Below are positions 1 to 11,718 of a DNA stretch of 64,000 bases, piece by piece. Below the pieces are notes generated by a model that ran no database searches, was not told the origin of the DNA, and saw nothing but the letters and a program-made list of their open reading frames with translations. Within the stretch, counting starts at the first letter, position 1; each line of letters starts with the position of its first letter. Both the position numbers and the translations under genes were made by a program. This DNA is from an uncultured Actinomycetes bacterium (lineage in GTDB: Bacteria; Actinomycetota; Thermoleophilia; UBA2241), in assembly GCA_963709345.1 (NCBI GenBank), contig CAVPVX010000006.1, positions 1 to 64,000 on the forward strand. Reading direction: 5' to 3'.

Positions 1-1086
1 CTCTCGCTGCTGGTGCGCCTGGCGCTCCTCGGCGTAGCCCTGCTGCTGGCCCGGTACGCGCTCAAGCACGACGTGCGCTCGCTCAAGCAGAGCGAGACTC
101 CGGGTGAGCCGATGCCGGCAGCGCGCCACGGCGTGCTGATCATGAACCTCAAGTCCGGCGGCGGGAAGGCGGAGAAGTACCACCTCGTGGACGAGTGCCG
201 CGCGCGCGGGATCGAGCCCGTCGTCCTGCAACGTGGGGACGACCTGCTCCAGCTCGCGCGCGGCGCCATCGACCAGGGCGCCGACGTGATCGGCATGGCC
301 GGCGGCGACGGGTCGCAGGCGCTCGTCGCCAGCGTCGCCGCCGAGAGGGGCGTGCCGATGGTGGTCGTCCCGGCCGGCACGCGCAATCACTTCGCCCTCG
401 ACATCGGGCTGGACCGCGACGACGTGGTGGGGGCGCTCGACGCCTACGGCGAGGCGCGCGAGCACCGCATCGACCTCGCCGACGTCAACGGGCGCATCTT
501 CGTCAACAACGTCTCGCTGGGCCTCTACGCGACCATCGTGCAGTCGCCCGAGTACCGCGACGCGAAGCGTGAGACGACGCTGGCGGCCCTTCCGGAGATG
601 CTCGGTCCCGGGTCGGAGCCCTTCGACCTGCGATTCACGACGCCGGACGGCGTCGCGCACGAGGGCGCCCACGTGATCCAGGTGTCCAACGGCCCTTACG
701 GCACCACCACGGCAGGGATCACCTCGCGGCCTCGCCTCGACACGGGGCTGCTCGGGATCTTCTCCCTGGTCGTACCGGACGCCGTGGCCGCGACGCGCGC
801 CATCGCGGCGCTCACGACGGCCACGCCCGCGCTCTACGAGGGCTACCTGTCCTGGAGCGCGCCCGCCTTCGAAGTGACCTCCGCGCAGCCGATCGCCGTC
901 GGGCTGGACGGGGAGTCGCTGCAGATGGACCCGCCGCTCGTCTTCACCTCGCGGCCGGGCGTGCTACGCCTGCGGTTGCCGCTCGGGGCGATCGGCTACT
1001 CACCGGCGGCGAGGGCCACCGGGCTCAGGGGGCTGCTCGGCCTCTGGCGGGTCGTGATCGGGAGGCCGGTCCGCATCGACGGCTGA
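1..1086 (+). CDS. Diacylglycerol/lipid kinase family protein (probably 5'-truncated by the window edge)
   Basis: NxKSGGG, GGDGS, PAGTRNHFA, FVNNVSLG and LDGE motifs of the DAGK catalytic domain; the frame is open to the window start. Confidence 0.85.
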   Translation, partial: LSLLVRLALLGVALLLARYALKHDVRSLKQSETPGEPMPAARHGVLIMNLKSGGGKAEKYHLVDECRARGIEPVVLQRGDDLLQLARGAIDQGADVIGMAGGDGSQALVASVAAERGVPMVVVPAGTRNHFALDIGLDRDDVVGALDAYGEAREHRIDLADVNGRIFVNNVSLGLYATIVQSPEYRDAKRETTLAALPEMLGPGSEPFDLRFTTPDGVAHEGAHVIQVSNGPYGTTTAGITSRPRLDTGLLGIFSLVVPDAVAATRAIAALTTATPALYEGYLSWSAPAFEVTSAQPIAVGLDGESLQMDPPLVFTSRPGVLRLRLPLGAIGYSPAARATGLRGLLGLWRVVIGRPVRIDG

Positions 1087-2823
1087 GCCGGCGGTGCAGG
1101 CCGGCGGCTCCCCCGGCGTCTCCCCGGCGCCGGCGCCCGCCGCCGCAGCGGCGTCCTCGGCCGCGATCTCAGCAAGGGCGAGCCTGAGCTTGGGGTAGAA
1201 GTGCTCGCTGTCGAGCGTCTCGAGCAACCCGTAGGTCTTGACCCTGTCGCTCAGCCGGCCACGCAGCTCCACGAACGCCAGATGGATCCCCTGCGCGTTC
1301 AGCTCGAGGTCGAGCGCCTTGAGCATGTCGGCGGCGGTGACGTCGATGTCGGTGATCGCCTCGCACTGCAGCACGATCCAGCGCGGGTCGCGCTTCAGGA
1401 CCAGCCTGCGCACCTGCTGGCGGAAGATGCCGGCGTTGGCGAAGAACAGCGGCGCCTCCCAGCGGTAGATGAGGATCCCCTCGCGTTCCTGGGCCGACGG
1501 GTAGCGCTCGACGTCGTGCCAGCTGTCCAGCTCGGGCACGTAACCGAGGACGGCGCCCGGCGGCCACCAGCTCCGGCGAAAGAACAGCAGGATGCTGAGG
1601 ATGGCGGCAATCAGGATGCCCTCGAGCACCCCGAAGAAGACGACGCCGATGGTCGCCACGAGCGAGAGCGCCAGTGCGGTCTTGCGCACTCTGGCGAAAC
1701 GGCGGAGAACGGCGACGTCCGCCAGCGAGACGGCCGCCATGATGACGACGGCGGCCAAGGCGGTCTGCGGGAGATCCTTGAGCAGCCCCGGCACCACCAG
1801 AAGCATGAGCGCGACGAGACCGGCGCCCACGAGGCCGGCCACCTGCGTCTTGGTGCCGGACCGCTCGGCGACGGCCGTCCGCGAGCTGCTCACGGAGATG
1901 GCGAAGCCCTGGAAGAGGCCGGCGCCCACGTTGGACGCGCCGACCGCGATCATCTCGCGGTCGGCGTTCACCTCGTCGCCGCGCCGGGCGGCGAAGGCGG
2001 ACGAGGTGGCGATGGTGTCCGTGAGGGAGACGAGCACGATGCCGACTGCGGCGGCGGCCAGCGTCGCGAGGTCGCTCCAGCCGGTCCACGGGAACGAGGG
2101 TACGGGGAGACCCTTCGGGAGCGTTCCCACGGTGTCCACGCCCTTGTCGGCGAGCCCCAGGGCGGCGGTGACGATGGTCGCGACCACTACGGCGACGAGT
2201 ATCGCCGGCACCTTCTTCGAGAGCAGCGGCAGACCGAACAGGAGCGCGAGCGTGACGAGGCCGAGCGCGAGCGTGGTGACGTGCGTCTGGTCGAGGTTGG
2301 CGAAGAAGGCCCAGACCTCCTGGATGAACGTGTCCGCGTCGGTCGAGAAGCCGAACAGCTTGGGGAGCTGGCCCACGATGATGGTGATGGCCAGCCCGTT
2401 CATGTAGCCGACCTGGACCTCCTTGGAGAGCAGGTCGGCTATGAACCCCAGCTTGCCGATCCCGAGCGCGACCTCGATGCCGCCCACCAGCAGCGCCAGC
2501 ATCCCGGCGAGGGCGATCGCCGAGGCGGGGTCGTCGGCGACCATGAGCGGGATGATGGCGGCGAAGATGAGCGGCGAGACCGACGAGTCCGGGCCCAGGA
2601 CCAGCACGCGCGAGGGCCCCAGGAGCGCGTACACGATGAGGCACACGACCGTCGTGTAGAGGCCGGTGACGGGAGGGACGCCGGCCAGTTCCGCATACGC
2701 GAGACCCTGCGGCACGAGGATCGCGGCGAGGACGATGCCGGCGACCAGGTCGAAGCGCAGCCACGCCGGCCTGTACGCCCGCAGCATGCTCACGCCGGGG
2801 ACGGCCTGCTCGAGCTTCCCCAC
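1000..2823 (-). CDS. SulP family anion (sulfate) permease with C-terminal STAS domain
   Basis: DLVAGIVLAAILVPQGLAYA..AG.P...GLY and SSSRT motifs; STAS PLFFAN / DIDVTA; GTG at 2823 follows a GGAGG RBS. Confidence 0.9.
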   Translation of the reverse strand: MGKLEQAVPGVSMLRAYRPAWLRFDLVAGIVLAAILVPQGLAYAELAGVPPVTGLYTTVVCLIVYALLGPSRVLVLGPDSSVSPLIFAAIIPLMVADDPASAIALAGMLALLVGGIEVALGIGKLGFIADLLSKEVQVGYMNGLAITIIVGQLPKLFGFSTDADTFIQEVWAFFANLDQTHVTTLALGLVTLALLFGLPLLSKKVPAILVAVVVATIVTAALGLADKGVDTVGTLPKGLPVPSFPWTGWSDLATLAAAAVGIVLVSLTDTIATSSAFAARRGDEVNADREMIAVGASNVGAGLFQGFAISVSSSRTAVAERSGTKTQVAGLVGAGLVALMLLVVPGLLKDLPQTALAAVVIMAAVSLADVAVLRRFARVRKTALALSLVATIGVVFFGVLEGILIAAILSILLFFRRSWWPPGAVLGYVPELDSWHDVERYPSAQEREGILIYRWEAPLFFANAGIFRQQVRRLVLKRDPRWIVLQCEAITDIDVTAADMLKALDLELNAQGIHLAFVELRGRLSDRVKTYGLLETLDSEHFYPKLRLALAEIAAEDAAAAAGAGAGETPGEPPACTAGSAVDADRPPDHDPPEAEQPPEPGGPRRR

Positions 2824-2868
2824 CTCGCTCCTCCCCTGCCGGTTGGTGGAGAATGGTAGCATCTCGGC

Positions 2869-3531
2869 GTGGCCGAGACAGGGGACAGCCAGAGCATGAC
2901 GGGGGACGATCAAGGTCTCAGGGCGGACGACCAGAGCCTCCGGGGGATCGCCAGCGGGGTGTTCCACGAGCTGGTCGTGCTCGACACCGCCGTCTACCAT
3001 GCGATCGAGGCCACGCCCACGCCGCTCATCGACGCTCCGCTGCGCCGTCTCTCCAACAGCGCCAACCACGCCAAGCTCTACATGGGGATCGCCGCGCTGC
3101 TCTTCGCGGTGGGCGGCAAGAAGGGCCGGCGCGCCGCCGTCACCGGGATGGCCGCGGTGGGCGTCAACTCGTTCGTCGTCAACATCCCGATGAAGTTCGC
3201 CGGCCGGCGGCCGCGACCCGAACGGGGTGTCGTCCGGTTCGAGGAGGCGCGGCACGTCAGGATGCCGACGTCGACCTCGTTCCCGTCCGGCCACTCGGCC
3301 TCGGGGTTCGCCTTCGCCGCCGGGGTCGCCGAGGCGCTGCCGGCGCTCGGCGTCCCTCTCCGCAGCCTGGCCACCGTGGTCGCCTACTCGCGCGTCCACT
3401 CCGGGGTGCACTACCCCGGCGACGTCATCGTGGGGTCGCTGGTCGGCATGGCCGTCGGCGAGGGCGCGGCGCTCGGGTCGCGGGCGGTGCGCAGCCGGCT
3501 TCCCGGCCGCCGCCCGGACGCCCCAGCCTGA
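2869..3531 (+). CDS. PAP2 family phosphatase
   Basis: K.....R.RP, SFPSGH and SR...GVHYP.D motifs. Confidence 0.9.
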   Translation: MAETGDSQSMTGDDQGLRADDQSLRGIASGVFHELVVLDTAVYHAIEATPTPLIDAPLRRLSNSANHAKLYMGIAALLFAVGGKKGRRAAVTGMAAVGVNSFVVNIPMKFAGRRPRPERGVVRFEEARHVRMPTSTSFPSGHSASGFAFAAGVAEALPALGVPLRSLATVVAYSRVHSGVHYPGDVIVGSLVGMAVGEGAALGSRAVRSRLPGRRPDAPA

Positions 3532-3583
3532 GGTCACGGGGGGCGGGGAGTGTGCTCGACGACCTCCCCGGCGCCTCGGCGGG

Positions 3584-3900
3584 TCAGACCTCTGCCCCGG
3601 ACCTCAGGTGCGTCACCAGGATGTAGGCGCTAATCAGGAACACCCACGCGGGGAACACCAGCACGACCCAGGTCGCCTGAGTAGTGACGAACAGCAGGAC
3701 CAGCGTCACGACGTAGGTGGTGCTGGACGCGAAGGCCGAGGGATCTCTTGTGTAGGCGGCGGCGATGGCCCCCGCGGAGGCGGCCGCCGCGAAGATCATG
3801 GCGAGGAACAACCGGCCGGCTTCCGAGGAACACGGTGGCGAAGAACTGGTTCTCATGCCTGCCCAGACGCTCCCGCGCCACTGCGATCCCGGAGCTGTCC
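3584..3900 (-). pseudogene. Remnant of an integral membrane protein (no start, frameshift near 3815)
   Basis: RERLGRHENQFFATVFLGS continues in another frame as LFLAMIFAAAA...VFPAWVFLISAYIL; no N-terminus after the sulfatase stop. Confidence 0.5.
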
Positions 3901-3907
3901 GCCGGCC

Positions 3908-5401
3908 TCAGCTCTGGCTGCCCGCGACCTCCTTGAGCTTCTCGAGCACGCGGTCGAGGCTGAACGAAGCGGGCTCCTGTCGCGGCGGGAACTCCGCGAA
4001 CTCGGCGATGGCCTCGGCCACCACCGCCTGGGCCGGGACGATCATGTAGATGCGGTCGATCATCCAGTCGTAGTAGGTATTGGAGTCGGTGAGAGCCCGC
4101 TCGAATGGGTCGCGCCGCAGGTTCACGACCTTCGGCGCGCGCAGTTCGACGAACGGTTCGAGCCACAGCGCCAACTGGTGGGCGCGCTGCTCCTTGAAGA
4201 TGAACTTCCAGTCGCCGACGCGCAGGGCGACCAGTTCGGCGTCGTCGTTCACGTAGAAGATGCGATCGCGTGGGCTGTCGTCGGTCTCACCTGCGAAGTA
4301 CGCGTTCATATCCTTGCCGTCCAGGATGACCTTGAACGTCTTTCCCCCGACCTCGTGGCCCGCGCGGCACTTTGCGGCGACGTCCGGCTCGCCGGCCGCG
4401 GCCAGGAAGGTGGTCAGCATGTCCTGGTGGGCGACGATGCCGTTGAGCGTGACGCCCGCCTGCCACTTCGCCGGCCAGCGCAGGAACGCCGGCACGCGGT
4501 AGGCGCCCTCCCAGTTGCTGTTCTTCTCCGAGCGGAACGGCGTGATCGCGGCGTCCGGCCAGGAGTTGTAGTGGGGGCCGTTGTCGGTCGAGTACATGAC
4601 GATCGTGTCGTCGGCGATGCCGAGCTCGTCGAGCTTGTCGAGGATCATGCCGACGTGGCGGTCGTGCTCGACCATCCCGTCGTTGTACTCGCCCTGGCCG
4701 CTGATGCCGCGCAGCTCGTCCTTGACGTGAGTGCGGAAGTGCATCCGGGTGGCGTTCCACCAGAGGAAGAACGGCTGGTCGGCCTGTGCCATCTCATCAA
4801 GGTACTCGAGCGTGCGCGCCGTGACCTCGTCGTCGATGGTCTCCATGCGCTTCCTGTTGAGCGGGCCGGTGTCCTCGATCTTCTGGGTGCCGTCGGGCTG
4901 CGCCCAGCTGTGGATCACGCCGCGCGGCCCGAAGCGTTTCTTGAAGTCCGGGTCCTTGGGATAGTCCTCGTGCTCCGGCTCCTCTTCCGCATTCAGGTGG
5001 TAGAGGTTGCCGAAGAACTCGTCGAAGCCGTGGTTGGTGGGCAGGTGCTCGTCGAGGTCGCCGACGTGGTTCTTGCCGAACTGGGCGGTGGCGTAGCCCA
5101 GGGGTTTGAGGAGCTCGGCGATGGTGGGGTCTTCGGGCCGGATGCCGAAGTCGGCGCCGGGCAGGCCGACCTTGGTGAGCCCGGTACGCAGAGGGTTCTG
5201 GCCGGTGATGAAGGCGGCGCGGCCGGCGGTGCAGCTCTGCTGGCCGTAGAAGTCGGTGAAGCCGACGCCCTCGTGGGCGAGGCGGTCGATGTTCGGCGTC
5301 TGGTAGCCCATCATGCCGCGGTTGTTGCAGCTGAGGTTCCAGAAGCCGATGTCGTCCCCCCACAGGACGAGGATGTTGGGCTTGCCGTCGGCATGGCGCA
5401 C
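3908..5401 (-). CDS. Arylsulfatase (Cys-type formylglycine sulfatase)
   Basis: KPNILVLWGDD, SCTAGRAAFITG, FGKNH and STDNG sulfatase motifs. Confidence 0.92.
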   Translation of the reverse strand: MRHADGKPNILVLWGDDIGFWNLSCNNRGMMGYQTPNIDRLAHEGVGFTDFYGQQSCTAGRAAFITGQNPLRTGLTKVGLPGADFGIRPEDPTIAELLKPLGYATAQFGKNHVGDLDEHLPTNHGFDEFFGNLYHLNAEEEPEHEDYPKDPDFKKRFGPRGVIHSWAQPDGTQKIEDTGPLNRKRMETIDDEVTARTLEYLDEMAQADQPFFLWWNATRMHFRTHVKDELRGISGQGEYNDGMVEHDRHVGMILDKLDELGIADDTIVMYSTDNGPHYNSWPDAAITPFRSEKNSNWEGAYRVPAFLRWPAKWQAGVTLNGIVAHQDMLTTFLAAAGEPDVAAKCRAGHEVGGKTFKVILDGKDMNAYFAGETDDSPRDRIFYVNDDAELVALRVGDWKFIFKEQRAHQLALWLEPFVELRAPKVVNLRRDPFERALTDSNTYYDWMIDRIYMIVPAQAVVAEAIAEFAEFPPRQEPASFSLDRVLEKLKEVAGSQS

Positions 5402-5470
5402 CTCTCTCGGTCGCTACGGTGTCGGCGCGGACCGAGCGAGCGCCGCGTCGCACGAATCGTACAGATGTCG

Positions 5471-6743
<1,273 letters not shown>

Positions 6744-6786
6744 GCGCTCATGGTACTCCCGGGGCGCCGGCGCCGCCGGAAGTCGC

Positions 6787-8223
6787 TCAGGGATCGCAGG
6801 CCGCTGCGGCCGCGCCCTTCTCGAAGCGCATCTTGCACATCGCGTACTCCTCGGGCACCGCGATGGGGTAGTCGCCGTCGAAGCAGGCGCGACAGAACTG
6901 GCTGCGCGGCAGGCCGGTGCTGGCCTGCAGGCCGTCGAGCGTGAGGTGGTGGAGGCTGGTCGCGCCGACGTGATCGCGGACCTCGTCGACCGACTTGTTC
7001 GCGGCGATGAGCTCGGCGCGCGTGGCCATGTCGATCCCGTAGTAGCAGGGCCACTGGATCGGCGGCGAGCTGATGCGCAGGTGCACCTCTTTGGCGCCGG
7101 CGCTGAACAGCATCTCGACGAGCTTGTGCGTCGTGTTGCCGCGGACGATGGAGTCGTCGACGACGACGAGGCGCTTGCCTTTGATGACCGAGGTCAGGGG
7201 GTTGAGCTTCATGCGGATGCCGACCTGGCGCAGGTTGTCGTCGGGCTGGATGAACGTGCGGTGCACGTAGCGGTTCTTGATGAGGCCTTCGGTGTACGGG
7301 ATGCCGGAGGCTGAGGCGTAGCCGATGGCGGCCGGCATTCCCGTGTCGGGCACGGGGATGACGAGGTCGGCCTCGACCGGCGCCTCCATCGCCAGGTGCT
7401 TGCCCATCTCCTGGCGCACGACGTGCAGCGTCTTGCCGCTCATCACGCTGTCCGGCCGCGCGAAGTAGATGAACTCGAAGATGCACAGCGCCGGGCGCGA
7501 GCCCTCGAGCTCGACGCGCTCGCTGCGCAAGCCGTGCGTGCTGTCGGCGATGACGATCTCCCCCGGCTGGATCTCGCGCACGAACTTGGCGCCGATGATG
7601 TCGAAGCCCGAGGTCTCGCTGCTGATCACCGGGTGGCCCTCGTAGTCGCCCAGGCAGAGCGGACGCACGCCGTAGGGATCGCGAAAGCCGACCACGGCGT
7701 CGCCACTCATGACGGCGGCCGAGAAGGCGCCGCGGATCTTGCTCACTGCGGTCCGCACGGCGCCGAGGAGGTCGCCTTCGGCCTCGTGGGCGATGAGCGC
7801 CGTGATCACCTCGGTGTCGGTGGTGCCGGCGAACTTGACGCCCTGCGCGAGCAATTCGTCACGGAGCTCCGTGGTGTTGACCAGGTTGCCGTTGTGGCCG
7901 AGGGCGATGACGTCGCCGTTGCGGCTGCGGACCAGCGGCTGTGAGTTGGACCAGTGACTCGAGCCGGTGGTGCTGTAGCGCACGTGGCCGATGGCGTGCT
8001 GGCCGCTCAGGCTCTGGAGCATCTGCTCGTTGAACACCTGGCTCACGAGGCCGAGGTCCTTGATGACGGTGACTTGGCCGTCGTCGGCCACGGCGATGCC
8101 GGCGCTCTCCTGGCCGCGGTGCTGCAGGGCGTAGAGCCCGAAGAAGGTCAGGCGCGCGACATCGCGGCCCGGCGCGTGGATGCCGAAGACGCCACAGCTG
8201 TCGTGCAAACGATCGTCGTACAC
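6787..8223 (-). CDS. purF: Amidophosphoribosyltransferase
   Basis: Propeptide then CGVFG, QHRGQE, GHVRYST, VDDSIVRG PRPP loop, CRACF; start approximate. Confidence 0.95.
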   Translation of the reverse strand: MYDDRLHDSCGVFGIHAPGRDVARLTFFGLYALQHRGQESAGIAVADDGQVTVIKDLGLVSQVFNEQMLQSLSGQHAIGHVRYSTTGSSHWSNSQPLVRSRNGDVIALGHNGNLVNTTELRDELLAQGVKFAGTTDTEVITALIAHEAEGDLLGAVRTAVSKIRGAFSAAVMSGDAVVGFRDPYGVRPLCLGDYEGHPVISSETSGFDIIGAKFVREIQPGEIVIADSTHGLRSERVELEGSRPALCIFEFIYFARPDSVMSGKTLHVVRQEMGKHLAMEAPVEADLVIPVPDTGMPAAIGYASASGIPYTEGLIKNRYVHRTFIQPDDNLRQVGIRMKLNPLTSVIKGKRLVVVDDSIVRGNTTHKLVEMLFSAGAKEVHLRISSPPIQWPCYYGIDMATRAELIAANKSVDEVRDHVGATSLHHLTLDGLQASTGLPRSQFCRACFDGDYPIAVPEEYAMCKMRFEKGAAAAACDP

Positions 8224-8243
8224 AGCGCTCGGTTCGTGGCTGT

Positions 8244-10564
8244 TCAGGCGAGTCGCTGAGGCAGCGACTCGTAAGCAGAATGGAGCTCGCTCACCGGGAC
8301 GGTGAAGAGCTCCTTCGCACCAATGGTACACCGGAGGTCGGCGCCGGTCACCCGGCCCAGCGTGCGGTGCGGGAGCTCGCCGAGATGGGCCTCGAGCGCG
8401 CTGAGCTTGTCGGGAGCGACGCTGGCCACGACCCGGGTCGGCGCCTCGCCGAAGAGCGCGAGGTCCGCGCGGCCGGCGGCGCCGGTCACGGCGTCGGCAG
8501 GGCCGAGGTCGACGTCGGCGCCGAGCCAGCGGCCGTCCCGGCCGGGGCGCAGCGCGTCCGGGTCGGCGAACTGCGCACCACCGGTCGAACCGGCGGCGAT
8601 GCAGCACTCGGCCAGCGCGACGGCGAGGCCACCCTCGGCGCAGTCGTGGGCGCTCCTCAACAGGCGCGCCTCGATGGCCGAGCGGAGCTTGGTCTGAAGC
8701 TCGACCTCGAGCTTGCAGGTCGACGTCCGGTACGCGCCCGGCGACCACGCCGTAGGCGACCTTCTGGTACTCGGAACCGTCGACCCAGGCGGCTTCGGCG
8801 CCGAGCAGCACGATGACGTCGCCCTCGTCCTTGAAGGCGTCGTCGATGTGCACGCTCACGTCGTCGTAGACGCCGAGCATGCCGATCATCGGCGTGGGGT
8901 AGATCGCCTGGCCGAAGCTCTCGTTGTAGAAGCTGACGTTGCCGCTCACGACCGGCGTGTCGAGCGCCTCGCAGGCCTCGGCGATGCCCTCGATGGCCTG
9001 CTCGAACTGCCAGTAGATCTCGCCCTTCTCGGGATTGCCGAAGTTGAGGCAGTCGGTGACTGCGACCGGCAGGGCGCCGGCGCAAGCGAGGTTGCGGGCG
9101 GCCTCGGCCGTGGCCGCCTTGGCGCCGCGGTACGGGTCGAGGTAGCAGTGGCGGCCGTTGCAGTCGTTGCTGAAGGCGATGCCGCGGTCCGTGCCCTTGA
9201 TGCGCAGCACGGCGGCGTCGGAGCCGGGGATCTGCACGGTGTTGGCCTGGACGATGTAGTCGTACTGCTCGAACGCCCAGCGCTTGCTGGCGATGTTGGG
9301 CGCGGCGAGGAGTTGCGTCAGCGCCGCGCCGAGATCCTCCGGCTGCGGGTACGCGGCGTCCGTCACGGCGACCGGCTCGTCGACGATGTACGCCGGCTTG
9401 ACGGAGGGCGTGCGGATGACGGGGCTCTCGTCGGCAAGGCGGCGAGCGGGGATGTCGGCCACGCGCTCGCCGTGCCACCAGATGCGCAGCATCTTGCTGT
9501 CGGTGACCTCGCCGATGACGGTGCAGTCGAGGTCCCAGCGCTCGCAGACCTCGCGCACGTCGGCGATCTGCTCCGTCGGTGACGATCGCCAGCATGCGCT
9601 CCTGGCTCTCGCTGATCATGATCTCCCACGGCTCCATGTCGGCCTCGCGCAGCGGCACGCGGTCGGCGTGGATGTCGAGGCCGACGAAGCCCTTGCTCGA
9701 CATCTCGCTGCTCGAGCTGGTGAGCCCCGCGGCGCCGAGGTCCTGCATGCTCACGACGAGCTTGCGGTGGATGAGCTCGAGGCAGGCCTCGATGAGCTTC
9801 TTCTCGGTGAAGGGGTCGCCGACCTGGACGCTGGGGCGCTTCTCCTCGAGCGTCTCGTCGAACTCCTGGCTGGCCAGCACGCTGGCGCCGCCGATGCCGT
9901 CGCGGCCCGTCTTGGAGCCGATGAGGACGACGTGGTTGCCGACGCCGCTGGCGATGGCGCGCACGATGCCGTCGGTGCGGATCATGCCGGCGCTCATCGC
10001 GTTGACCAGGCAATTGCCCTCGTAGCTGGGCTCGAAGTAGATCTCGCCGCCGATGGTGGGGATGCCGAGGCAGTTGCCGTAGTGGGCGATGCCGCCGACC
10101 ACGCCGTCGAGCAGGAAGCGCTGGCGCGGCTCGGTGAGCTCGCCGAAGCGCAGCGAGTCCATGCTCACGCACGGGCGCGCGCCCATGGTGAAGATGTCGC
10201 GCACGATGCCGCCGACGCCGGTGGCCGCGCCCTGGAAGGGCTCGACCGCCGACGGGTGGTTGTGGCTCTCGACCTTCATGGCCACGGCCCAGCCGTCGCC
10301 GACGTCGATGATGCCGGCGTTCTCGCCGGGGCCCTGCAGGATGCGCGGTCCGCTGGTGGGGAAGCGCCCGAGCACGGGCCGCGAGTGCTTGTAGCTGCAG
10401 TGCTCGCTCCACATCAGCGAGTAGATGGCGAGCTCGACGTACGTCGGCTCGCCGCCCTGGATCGCGCAGATGTGCGTGTACTCGTCTTCGCTGAGGCCGA
10501 GCTTGATCGCCGCGTCGAGATCGGCGGTCCGGTTGACGTACTGCTGCTTGCCGTCGGCGGTCAT
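8244..10564 (-). CDS. purL: Phosphoribosylformylglycinamidine synthase large subunit; apparent +1 frameshifts near 9574 and 8715
   Basis: [30 protein letters not shown] and SAHDCAEGG spread over three frames. Confidence 0.93.
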
Positions 10565-11303
10565 GCCGGCACCTCCGCGCCGCGCAGGGAGTCGATCATG
10601 GACTGGAAGAACGCGGCGCCCGTCGGCGCCGCCGGCCAGCGCGGCCTCCACGGAGTTCTCCGGGTGCGGCATCATGCCGAAGACGTTGCGGCGTCTCGTT
10701 GCAGACGCCGGCGATGTCGTCGAGGGCGCCGTTGGGGTTGGCGCCCTCGGCGCGCTCGCCGGCGGCGTTCACGTAGCGCACGACGATCTGGTCGTTGGCC
10801 TTCAGCTTCTCGAATGTCGCGGGGTCGACCGTGTAGTTGCCCTCGTTGTGCTTGACGACGATGCGGAGGAGGTCGCCTGGCGCGCAGACGCCGGTGAAGG
10901 GCGTGGCCGCGGTCTCGACGCGCAGATTGACGTAGCGGCAGACGAACTTGAGGCCGGTGTTCCGGATGAGGCCGCCCGGCAGGAGGCCGGCCTCTATCAG
11001 GATCTGGAAGCCGTTGCAGATGCCCATGACGAGGCCGCCGCCGGCGGCGAAGTCGGTGATCGACTGCATGATGGGGCTGAAGCGCGCGATGGCGCCGCAG
11101 CGCAGGTAGTCGCCGTAGCTGAACCCGCCGGGGATGACGATGCCGTCGACGCCCTTGAGGTCGGTGTCCTTGTGCCAGAGGTACTCGGCCGTGACGCCGG
11201 GGAAGGTCTCGAGCGCGTGGCGGGTGTCGCCGTCGGTGTTGATGCCCGGGAAGACGACGACGCCGAGGCGCAGGGGAGAAGCAGCGGTCATCGGCGCCGT
11301 CAC
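10561..11303 (-). CDS. purQ: FGAM synthase glutaminase subunit; apparent +1 frameshifts near 10691 and 10621
   Basis: [29 protein letters not shown] and MMPHPE; overlaps the purS stop (GTGA) and the purL start (ATGA). Confidence 0.92.
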
Positions 11304-11551
11304 CCCTCGGTGATCTCGAAGGTGTAGTCCTCGATGATCGGGTTGGAGAGGAGCTTGCGGCACATGTCGTCGACCTGGGCGCGGGCGGCCTCTTCGGTGA
11401 GACCCGCGCCTTCGATCGTGAGGTCGATGATCTTGCCGATCTGGACGCCGCTCACGCCGGTGAACCCGAGGTTCGGCAGCGAGCGCTCGACGGCCGCTCC
11501 CTGGGGGTCGAGGATCCCGTGTTTCGGGGTGACATAGACGCGGACGTTCAT
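11300..11551 (-). CDS. purS: FGAM synthase PurS subunit
   Basis: ILDPQG, IGK and LLSNPIIEDY motifs; upstream of purQL. Confidence 0.93.
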   Translation of the reverse strand: MNVRVYVTPKHGILDPQGAAVERSLPNLGFTGVSGVQIGKIIDLTIEGAGLTEEAARAQVDDMCRKLLSNPIIEDYTFEITEG

Positions 11552-11718
11552 CGGCTCCACCTGCCCGGAGAGTGTGTGCGGGGACGCCGTGAAGTCTATC
11601 GCAGATGGCGCGGACGCGGGGTCGCCTGCGGCTCGCCCGCCCTCGTGGTCGATTGGGTTTGAGACCGGGAATAGCCGTCTCAGGAGTGCAGGAAGGCACG
11701 GCCGAAACGGAGGCGACG

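Noticed and set aside
6787-9558. 923-aa ORF that looks like a PurL-PurF fusion
   Set aside because: It is an artefact of the +1 frameshift near 8715; PurL ends at 8244 in another frame.
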